Part shown: in pieces, positions 1 through 10,400 of the stretch
Numbering within the stretch: position 1 is the stretch's first letter
Layout: the number at the start of each line of letters is the position of its first letter
Source of the DNA: Gonapodya sp. JEL0774
Lineage: Eukaryota
DNA length: 20,000 bases
NCBI GenBank assembly: GCA_027604505.1
Contig: JADIIX010000023.1
Location: forward strand, 182,114 to 202,113
Direction of reading: 5' to 3'
Program-made: the position numbers and the translations under genes
Notes under the pieces: model-generated
Database searches by the model: none
Told to the model about the DNA's origin: nothing
The model's input: the letters and a program-made list of their open reading frames with translations, nothing else

Positions 1-2024
1 GACTGCTTCCATCTGCTCTGACTGGTGAGAAGAGGTCATTCGAACGATGGATGCTTTTGAGGACCACCAGCTGATCAACCCACCTACGATGTTCGAAGCC
101 TGTGGAATCACCGCCGCGAACACGAATCCCGGACTATTCTCCTGTACAAAAAATTATCCAGCGGTCTGCGCCCAGGGTACCACAATCACCACCGGATCAA
201 CTTGTCCGGTGACCACTACAACCGTAACCACCACCACAAGTTCCCCCATTACAACGACAATCGCTCCCACTACCACCACAGTTCCCCCAATTACAACGAC
301 CTCTGTGCTGGTGACTGTAATGTCGACAGCAAGATCCAGTGTTCTGAGCACAACGACCTCTGTGGTCATTCGATCCTCGACCTCAAGACTCATCTCCAGC
401 TTGTCATCCACGACTACGACCACTACATCCTCTGAAAGCTCCACTGCTACTTCTTCGAATCCTGTCGTTGAAACTACCTCGAACGGTGTGAGCACTGGAG
501 TTATTGCTGGAGCCGCCATTGGAACTTTTGCGTTTGTGGGTCTAGCGGGTGCTGGGACATTCTTCATGTTGCGATGGCGACAAAATAAGCGCCTCAGTGA
601 GTGCAAATTCGATATTTTGATTGAATAGTAGAGCTATCACGATGGTCCCGACCTGAGGGAACAAGATTAGGATGTCCAAAGGTGTTGCGAACGGCTTCAC
701 CTATTTTGCACCCTCGAAAAGGAGTCAAAAGGACACCACTAATACTACCGTCTCCCCATTTCTAGACCGACCCCCATATCCGGGCCCAGGGTCAGGGTCA
801 GGTCACCCACCCTTAAGTCCACCTTCTTTCTTCTCTTCTGTAATGATGGCCTCCCTACCCATCAGCTCCCGAGTTGGAGGCGGAAATCTGGGCTGGAATC
901 GTATTCCGGACAAGCAACAACAATCTGATTATTATCATGATACCACCAGTGGCTTCAACTTTCCTCCTAGTGTAATTCAATACGGCGGTGGTGAGCCACG
1001 AAGCTACCCGAGGCACCCAGTCGGACCTCCATCATCTGGCTGGTACGATCGAGACCTTCCAGCACCACCAATGGGGGTATCTGGACCTGTGATCGGCATT
1101 CCAGGGCCAGTTAGGTCACCTTCACGGTACCATATGGACGTTCCCTCTACTCCGGAAGCCGCGCGACGAGGTTACGGGGCAGGCAGACAGGGAAATGAAA
1201 CGGACTCGGGAGTGATGTCGGGGTACCCAACGGGCCAGGCGATGGGAACCCCCAGTGGGATGTTTGCGAGTCACGACCCGTTCGAAGGGGCGTACGACGT
1301 TGCGGGCGCGCCGCCATCAACGGCTCTGCAACAACATGCAACCACGGACAGTTTCTTACCATCACAGTCGATCAGCAGGACTGAATCTCGACGACAGGAT
1401 GACTCGATGGCATACCATAGAGCGGCATTTGCCACAGTGGAGGAACAGATGAAGACATTTGGTGATACTCGCAAGAGTTCACAACAGCAGGACAATCGCA
1501 GGGCGTCACAATATCAGGAAAAACGCCGAAATTCACAGTACCAACAGCTTACACCTCAAGACACCATTGAGGACTCTTCCGTTCAGAGGAGACATTCTGT
1601 AGCGAATGCACAAGGCCCCGAATCGTTCTTGCCGGACGAATTTGTGCACAGCAAGCGACTCAGCGTAATGCCATCGTCGGCTGCGCGGTTCGCAATGCAA
1701 AACTCCCTTGGTGACACACCACACACAGACTCTGGACCGTACTACTCTCCGCGAGAAGTAGTTGAGCCTTCTACAGTTCGAGAAAGTGGAGGTTTCCCAG
1801 ACCCTTCTATTGATTTCTCTGTCTATACATCCACTGGGAAATCCGGGGGCGTAGTGCCACCATCGATTAGTACTGGTGCTGGTGCAACATCTATTCTCCG
1901 ATATTATGACGGAGACAACGGCAGCTACGATGGCGATACATCGAACTTTTCAGTGGGTGTGGACAACGGAGGATCACATTTTGCGAACCAGATGAAGATG
2001 CCTCCGGGGGGCCCGCGGTGGTGA
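1..2024 (+). CDS. Type I single-pass membrane protein, 5'-truncated: Cys-containing segment, Ser/Thr-rich mucin-like stalk, one TM helix, ~420-aa low-complexity cytoplasmic tail (cell-surface sensor/receptor-like)
   Basis: Exons <1..24, 99..596, 766..2024. Intron 597..765 (GTGAGT...CTAAT...TTCTAG, phase 1) joins ORF 47..628 to ORF 672..2024 in frame (RWRQNKRL-N-RPPYPG). TM GVIAGAAIGTFAFVGLAGAGTFFML is followed by basic RWRQNKR. Intron 25..98 (GTGAGA...CTGAT...GAAG) is less certain. Confidence 0.75.
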
Positions 2025-2285
2025 GGGAACAATAATTGAATCGCATCGGTTGTTTACATATTTGAAATGGAGCTGGCTCATTCCCATCACGATGGACCGA
2101 ACGATATTGTCGGCTATACATTATCAATGTAATGTAATTAGTATAAAATAGTTCTTGCACATCGATGAAGACGTTTTCTCTCTTGCTTGCCAATGAAGCA
2201 TTTGTGTGACCAACTTGCGGTGTGCATCCATAGCTGGATCCGCAACAGCGAATCACTTTTGAAGTAGGCTTAGACCTGCACATCG

Positions 2286-5200
2286 ATGCCGCCACTAAGG
2301 GAGCTCCTGCGAAGGCGTAAGTAACCATGGATCCACGTTGATCGAATTGGAAACGGTGCATGTTTGGGGTTCAAAACGAGGAAGGGACACGTGAATGAAC
2401 AGTATTTCGACGCGCGACGGAGAGCTCACTGAACGCAACCTTGCTTTTCAGGCATCATCAATGACATCGTTCGCGCTGTCAATCCAGGGGATCCGTCAGG
2501 TGGAGGTGGCAAATGGAAGTTGCTTGTGACAGACCCGAAGTCACTCCGCATCCTCACATCATGCGCAAAGATGTACGACGTTCTAGAGGAAAACGTTACG
2601 CGTAAGTTATTTCAATGAGTTTTGCTGGAGGTGGGCGGATTGCACCCCCAGGCCAGTCTTCCAACCTTTCCGGTAATACGAAAGCTGGGTAACCTACACT
2701 CTGGACCTCTGACTTGCCAGTTTGTTCGTGGGCTCTGCCTGTTTTATTAAATTGATGATCAGGGAAGGCGATTGTGTGGAGTTGGCGGATTCCATTTCAC
2801 TTCCCCAGTTGAACCACCCACTTACTTAGTGGTACCTCTTCAGTAGCATAGTCACTGGAAGGGACACTACAAAATCCTTTGTGCATCATTTCCCCTAACT
2901 GGTTGGTGGCAGCGGAAACGAGCTGGCGCCGGAGATGTTTCAGCAAATCCAGCTCACAGCTCGAACTGCATGGCCAATCTCATTTATTCTCATCGTCAAC
3001 TCTTGAATCTCTTAGTCATCGAGAATATTGAGCGTAAACGACAACCGTATCCCGACCTCGACGCCATCTACTTCTTAAGCCCAACCGACCAATCAATCGA
3101 ACGATTTATTGACGATACACTGTACGGTGGTGGGATTGTGGAGCGGACCCGGGATGGCCCTGTTGGAAAGCCTCTTTACGCTGCTGCGCACGTGTTTTTT
3201 ACGGCAAGTGAGTATGACGCTAAGTGGACTTGTTTCGAATATGGTGGACGAACCGAAAATCGTCTGCTGTCCTTTGTCAAGATGAGTGACGATAAGAAGA
3301 CTTTATTGAGTTCAACCCAATCTTTTCAACTCCACAAAATCTGACAGCTATTCCGGATCGACTGTTCCAGCGTATACGGGAGGCTCTCGGTCGACATATT
3401 GAGGACCGTTATGTCAAAAAGTTAACGGAAATATTCGTGGACTTCATTGGTAAGAGTCAATCGTTCTTGCTTGGCGGACAGACGTGCAACTTTCACGTGA
3501 CCTCACCGGTCAAGCCTTTGAATCTATTTGCTTTACTGTCGAGGCACCACGAATATTCTACAGTCTCTACTCGCCAAACGCTGATCAGGGCAAGTTGGAG
3601 AACGAGCTGGACGAAATCGCCCGACGAGTGAACATTTGTCGTCGCAAGTCTCGTCATCAACTTCCCTTTATCTAACTCGTAGTGCGACGTAGATTGTCTC
3701 GGTCCTCTCGACACTCGGGGAGTATCCCACCATAAGATTCTTCAATTCACCTGGCTCCTCGACCTCTTCAAATCCATCTCTCGCGTCCTCCGCTCCATCT
3801 CGGCTTGCTAATCGGATCCAACATCATTTAGATGAACTCTGCCGGCTTGATGATACCTTTCCCCCTGCAACACCTTATCAACGGGCCACTATGGTCGTCG
3901 TAGATAGAACTGTTGACCTGACGGGTGCACTACTTCACGAATTCACCTATCAGGCAATGGTGGCAGACTTGATTGGTGGTATGGGAGCTGGAAAGGTGGA
4001 AGTTGCGGCTGAAGGGGAAGGAGGGAGCTCTTCCAGTGTAACTTTGGATGAAGGGGATCAATTGTGGGTGAGTGTTGGAAGGTTACGGAGCACGGTGAAG
4101 AGGAAACGGTTTACGTGGAGATCGTTTCATCGGATGTTTCGGGATTGAATGATCGTTCTGTGGTTACGGTGTGAGATGGAAACTGCGATTACTCGGAATT
4201 TGTCTTCTTCTCGAAGTTTTAGTGGCTCGATGCGCCAATCACGATGCTTTTCTCACCAATACACATTCGGTTGCAGATGAGCCTACGACACGGACATATT
4301 GCTGATACTACCCGCGAGCTGACTTCCCAATTCAATAAATTTCTCTCAGACAATCCTGCAGCGGCAGGAATCGCCGGGGGTGGGAGACCGTGAGCTGTGT
4401 TTTGCTGTTGCGCTTAGGATAGATTGCTCCAACTCTCACTTGCCCTTGCTCTGCATTAGAGCCAACGACATTAAAGATATGCTTAGTACAATTCAATCAC
4501 TTCCTCAGTTCGCTGACCTGAAGTCTAAGTTCACAACACATATAAGCCTGACGCAGCAGTGCCTGCAGCTGTACCAGCGACGGCGCCTGAACGATCTGGC
4601 GACTGTGGAGCAAGAGCTTGCAACAGGGGAGAGAGCGGATGGTACAGTCCCGAAGGACAGTTTTGTGGACATGGTGCCACTTCTGGACTCGACAGATGTT
4701 ACGTAAGTCGGTTTATATTTGAGCTACGAGCTGGACTCATTCCTTCTGAAACCCACAGTAATTCGGATAAGCTTCGCCTACTCATGCAATACATCATTTC
4801 ACGTGTTGATGGCATTCAAGACGATGACCGGCGGAAGATGTTGCAGACTGCCAAACTGACCCCAGATGAATCCGATGCACTTACCAATCTGGCATACATG
4901 GGGGTCAAACTTTCGGCCTCGTCGTACTCGGATAAATCCTGGAAACGACCACCCAAGACCAGGCGAGCTTACGAAGGTGTCACTGCGGCAAGTAAGAAGA
5001 AAGCCAAGGGTAATGGGCCCGAAAAGTACGACGTATCGCGATATGTACCAGTGTTGAAGGATATCATGGAGGATCAAGCAAATGGAGCTCTGCGGTCCGA
5101 CTTGTTCGGTTACGTCAAAGAGCTCCCTCCCGAGGAACTTGCACAGGGCAAACCCACCAGTTCTGTCGGTAAAGCCATTAAAGCTGCGTCCGCGCTCACT

Positions 5201-5873
5201 GGCGTGCAGGCAACAACAGTTGTTCAACAGCTTGCAAGTAAGGCTGGCTCACTTCCTACGGACGGAAGCCCAGTAAAAACGCTGCGCTCGACACGACCAA
5301 CGTGGGCGAAGAAGACCCCACATACATTAAGGGATGAGGCTGCAAGTGGAATATCTGGGGGCGGTGGCGGTGGTGGAAGCGGCTCTGGTGGGAAAAAGGA
5401 TGATGATGATGAATTGCGGAGGAATGGAGGGCGGATTGTTGTTTTTGTGCTTGGAGGAATGACTTTTGCGGAATTGCGAAGTGCATATGAGATTCAGAAA
5501 GAGTTTCGTCGAGAGGTGGTAATAGGTCCGTGACTTCTTCTTCCGTATTCAATTGCACATCAACTTCTTGTGGCTGATCTTCCGCCCCCTAGGTACCACC
5601 CACATGATAACCCCCAGCGAACTTATCGCCAGCCTCCGGGACCTCAAACGTGGACCACCTCCTGATGAGCCTGCTCCGGCTCCGCTCCCAACCCGAAGCT
5701 ATGCGCCTTCGTCAATTTCACGGACCGCGACGCCGGCGAGTGATTCTGGAAGCGAGCGTCCTGCCAAATTGACAAACGTCGGGTCAATGAACTCTGTGGC
5801 GGGTGCTCCCGTGGAGAAAGAGAAGAAGAAAAAGATTTTCAGTAATCCCTTAAAGAAATTTTCGGGTACTTAA
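2286..5873 (+). CDS. SEC1: Sec1/Munc18 (SM) family exocytic SNARE regulator, paralog A (~788 aa, 10 exons)
   Basis: Exons 2286-2316, 2452-2601, 3016-3207, 3348-3449, 3515-3627, 3693-4067, 4277-4389, 4460-4702, 4759-5525, 5593-5873 total 2367 nt, open, all GT-AG. Sec1 motifs: KWKLLVTD, CAKMYDVLEENVT, ENIERKRQPYPDLDAIYFLSP, DRTVD..LLHEFTYQAM, LPQF, HISL, DKLRLL, SRYVP, RIVVFVLGGMTFAELRSAYE, GTTHMITP, plus a basic C-terminal tail EKEKKKKIF. Confidence 0.93.
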
Positions 5874-6079
5874 TTCTGGTCCAGTTCGAACTTTCTAGGA
5901 CTATTTGAAGATCACAAATGTATATGTTTTTGGCATGATGATATCGAATGAATCTCCAGTTCACACAAAAATCTGCTATGCACCAAAATTATTGCACCAC
6001 AATTATTGTGAAATTACTTTGGAAGGGAATATTCAGAAACGCTTGGTTGGAAGAGGTGAGAATAATGTGGGCTTGCGAA

Positions 6080-7280
6080 TTATTCATGCCGACTTATTAG
6101 TTCCTGCAACCTTTCTCCCAGCTCTTTGCCTTCTCTCTGCAAAATTCCCAGTTCTTCCTCCATGCTATGGATCCTGGTAAGACCTTCAATTAGATTTCTG
6201 TTCTTCTTGGCCCGCGATCGTCTGATCATTAAAGGATGAGACTGTTTGCTTGTTCATATTTGCATTGCTTCATGCACACACCGAGCCGCAAGTAAATTCC
6301 TCGCTCTCTTTTGAATCTTTTCGTCGTCACTCCCACCCTTCTTAGAACGCTTAGGATGGCGTGATGTGCATGGTCTCGTTCGAGGAAGGAATGTGAGAAC
6401 GCCTGGCGCAGTGGCAGAAGCCGACGGCGAAAATGAATCTAAAGTCGACCTGAGCTTTCGAGCTATCGTTGGACTGTCAAGTTCTTCCAGTCGAGCGAAC
6501 TTGCGACGTGGAGTAAAGTCGGATGACGCTGTAGGCGATGTTGGGGTAGATGACTCAGCAGAGCCGTCTGGAGCAAAATGTGCATACAGATCAAAAGAGG
6601 TGAAGGGCATGGAAATGTGCGCGGGTGGGAAGACAACGTTGGGATTTACGTGAATGGGAGGAACGGATGGACTGGAGAACAACTGTTGGTCATGTAGAGG
6701 AATCATCTCAAATGTTGATGTTGACAACCCGGTTTCTGCTGGAAGAGGTGAGCCGATGAGAGGTTCTGGTGTGGCAGATGGAATTTCTGTAGAGGTTGCC
6801 ATGTCAGAGCCCGATGTATGCACGAAATTTAGTTTCAGCCCCTTTCATGACAGTACCATATGAATAAACGCTGTTGGACGCTTTTGTCAAACCGAAACCG
6901 CGCTCCAAAACATGACTGAAGTAGTCCTGGCAATTTGATGACGTCACCATGGAACCCATCTCAATTGACACGGGCGCAAAAGCCGCCGCAGTCCATCCAT
7001 CCACGCTATCAGAAATCTGAGACTCGACTCGACTTTGTTGTAGTCGTCCAGAACACGTATGGCGATCGACGCAGGCCCTTGGGGGGTGACAAACACAGCA
7101 CATGTCGTCCGCCTGTGGAAGCGTTGAAGGCCCAAGTGGGAATGAATATATGGAGATCAAAGTATTGATTTCTGCACATGGGAAGTCTTTCCGTCGCTCG
7201 GGGTAACCAGGTTCGATAAGTAGTAGTTCACGCGCAAACTCTGAATCCTTCTGTAACTTCCCAGTTTGCGCGGTCGCCAT
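6080..7280 (-). CDS. bZIP transcription factor, GCN4/CpcA/ATF-like basic region at the C-terminus (356 aa spliced long model, or 220 aa from ATG 6802)
   Basis: Removing intron 6222..6281 (GTGTGT...CAG, phase 2) gives KRARNLLAARRSRAKKNRNLIEGLTRIHSMEEELGILQREGKELGERLQELISRHE*: N-x7-R basic motif plus heptad zipper. 5' end uncertain: ATG 6802, or ATG 7280 (or 7430) joined via intron 6787..6856. Confidence 0.85.
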
Positions 7281-7475
7281 TCCAAGGGCGTAGTATTTTG
7301 AAGTACTGAGAGCTTGCGATGGTGGAAGGTGGATGCGGAACAAAGGAACGCTTGAAATACTGTGTAAATGTCGACTGCTATCACAAGTGTGGCGGTCCCC
7401 ATATATAATACCATCTGATATTTCACACATCCCAATTTGCTCCCCGATCCCCGGTTTTCCACTGCAGCTAGCCTA
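7281..7475. promoter_or_regulatory. Probable bidirectional promoter between the bZIP gene (-) and Sec1 paralog B (+)
   Basis: 195 bp between divergent ATGs (7280 and 7476). TATA-like ATATATAATA at 7401-7410 is readable on both strands. Depends on the long bZIP model. Confidence 0.45.
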
Positions 7476-10400
7476 ATGAGTGGAAGTACGATGTCAAACT
7501 ACAGTCTAGTTGGTGGGCGTGGTGGACCGGCAACAGCACGGGGTACTCTGAGGGATCAGCTGAAACGGAGTGAGTTGATTGTCAGGCATTTCTCTTGAGA
7601 GTTCCAGATGCTGACAAGAAACGTGTGCCCTCCGTTATTTGAACGCCATCGTCTGGGGAATGCTTTCTGTGGGATTGTTTCGCTACGGTCTTTGTGATGG
7701 TCGTCCTTGGAAACGCAATTTTCTACTCGATTCAAGGAATCATCGATGATATGGTCCGCGCGGTCCAGCCCCCCGGAAAATGGAAGCTGCTTGTTGTCGA
7801 TCACACGACCCTCCGTATTCTTAATTCGTGTGCTAAAATGAGCGACGTCCTGGAGGAAAATGTCACTCGTAAGTTGACTTTGTGACAAGTCGGCCGGGAG
7901 CAAACGGGATGCTTAAGGCCACCAGTGTTATATGAAGAGAAGCCATGATGTGTCGTTCTTTGGCACTGCTGAACTGATGGTTTCACGCAGAACAGCTCTC
8001 AATCCGTTGCTTTTCTCCGGATTCTTTCCGACCATTCTCTCTCTCCACATTGAGAGCCTTCTTACTGATGTCAATTTATCTACTCTCTTGCGCTCCGCAC
8101 AAACCAGTCGTGGAGTCTATTGAGCGGAAACGCCAACCGTACCCAAACATGGATGCCATCTATTTTGTTGCCCCCACGAAAGAGTCTGTCACCCGTCTTG
8201 CGGATGATATTACTGCTACAAAGCAAATGTACGCGGGGGGCCACGTGTTCTTTTCTGGAGGTGAGTTCCAGCGCCAGATTGTGACGAAGCGGTCACATGC
8301 CAGTTGCAGGAAAGAAACCCCAAGTCATAACTTTTTTGCTGCTGTGTCATGTTTCGTTTTTACTCATACACCTAACTGTTCTCCTTCAGTGCTCCCTGAC
8401 GCCCTCCATACACAGCTTAACATCGCCAAAAGGCAAAATCGCCCGTTTGTCCGTATTCAACGCGAACTGGCGCTGGACTTCACCATGTTTGAGAGTGGTG
8501 TGTTTCTTGCTGAGACAGACGATGGTGCTGGTGCTGGTGGTGAGCACAGGGACAGAGGACTAAATTCCCAGGCGGACGTAGAACGAATGGGATCGAAGGT
8601 GAGATTCACCCAAGCATCTCATATCCTTGTTGCTTCGCACTCAATGCGCGTTCGTCTACTCTCACGCAATCATGCTCCTTGCTCGGGGACTTGTTCGGTT
8701 CTCCAGATTGCCTCAGTCCTCCTTACTCTTGGTGAAACAAATCCCACTATCCATTTCTACAATCCCCCTCCACCCCCCCCGTTCACACCCTCGCCAGGAT
8801 CTTCCTCCTCCTCACGTCGGCAACCTCCGCCTGTCGGACAATCCCTCTCCTATCTTGCAAACGCGGTGTCAACTCAGCTCTCTTTCCTAGCAAAACTTGA
8901 TTCGGAGTATCAGTCTGCTTCGGCTCCGAAACCCAACAGAGACGGCCCAGCAACTGTGGTGTTAGTGGACAGAAGTATTGATGTACTTCAGTGCCTGTTG
9001 CATGATTTCTGCTACCAGGGAGCGGCTGTGGATCTGGTTGGCTGGGAAGGTGGAGGAAGATTCACGTGAGTCCATGGAGTTGAATCACCGGGGGTTTGAG
9101 GTGTAGCTCATGAGTCAATCCGGAAATCGTGATCCCATCCGTGTTGTGTATGTCCCGCAGAATTTCCACCGAGTCGCAGTCGCAACCAGGGCAAATGTCT
9201 CCTGCCACGGAGTCAGGCTCTGGTGATGAACGTGTCACTCTAATCATGGACGAATCTGACGAGATATGGGTGAGTTGGAATCTGATATAAGCTTTGCAAG
9301 AGCGTGAGCATTGCTAATGATGCATTCCGCTAAGATGGACGTCAAATTTGATCACATAGCTCGAGTTGTACCGAAGGTACAAAAGTTGCTAATTCAACTA
9401 CGATCGGAGGATCCGGCGATGCTTGCTCAATCTGGGTTGGTAGCATCTCTCCTTTAGAGTTAAATTCCACAGCGTCCTCGAACGCGTAGAGCGTGGGACA
9501 TCTAACGCCTCGTTTTTCAGAAATACCGCGAATATCTCTCGCGCCCTCATGTCCTTGCCGAAATACACCGAGATCAAAAAACGCCTCTCGTCCCACATAT
9601 CTCTTCTGAGTGCCATCCAGTCCGCTCTCGGCCGCCGCCGCCTTGTCGAGGTCGGGTCGCTTGAGCAGGATCTCGTTTGCATTCAGCCCATCATTGATAA
9701 ATCAGGGAGAGCGGGGAGCAGTCTGGCTAGTCTGTTGGCCGGACTAGGAGCAGGTGGCACAGCACGGACATGGGAGGATGAGATTAGACAGCGGATGCTG
9801 GAGTTCCTTGAGGATCAGGATGGATGCCCGTGAGTCAAGTGCTCGTTTACGTCATTGTTGCTTTGGTGGTCTCACTTTTATTCGTTCGTAGTGACATCGA
9901 CCAGCTGAGACTCATCTGCATCTACGCGATTTCTCGTGCAGGCATTCCGTCTGCTGATATTGCCAAGTTTGCCGACATTGCAAAGCTTCTGCCCGAAGAT
10001 GTTGCTGCCATTCATAATCTTGCTCTTTATGGCGCCCGCATTGTTCGCGAGGACGGAGTACCATTCAACCCCGGGCTTAACTATGGAAGAGTGTATACGG
10101 AAGGCAAGGAGAAGGACCATGAGACCGACGCGGAAGGGAATATTATTACACCTCTGATGAAGTATGCACCCATTCTGAGAACCGTTATGGAGGATGCGGG
10201 AATGGCAACACTACCCGAGGACTTGTTCCCTGTCGTGCGGGTCGCCTCACGAGAGGAGGTCCCTGGTGGCTCGTCTACGCACTCTCCAATAACAATGCAA
10301 TCTGGAGGTAGCCTGAAGTCCAATCCTTCCAAAAAGGAGTCCAGGGTGATTCCAGATGACGCTATCACTGTGGAATTACCGACGGTACCCCAAGCGAAGA

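Noticed and set aside
154..606. 150-aa Val-rich minus-strand ORF
   Set aside because: Antisense shadow of the Thr/Ser-rich stalk codons of gene 1.
1891..2361. 156-aa minus-strand ORF
   Set aside because: Overlaps the end of gene 1 and exon 1/intron 1 of Sec1A in antisense, with non-protein-like composition.
2660..2690. TPP-riboswitch-like GGTAATAC...GAAAG in Sec1A intron 2
   Set aside because: Lacks the CTGAGA and TGATC core elements, and the host gene is unrelated to thiamine.
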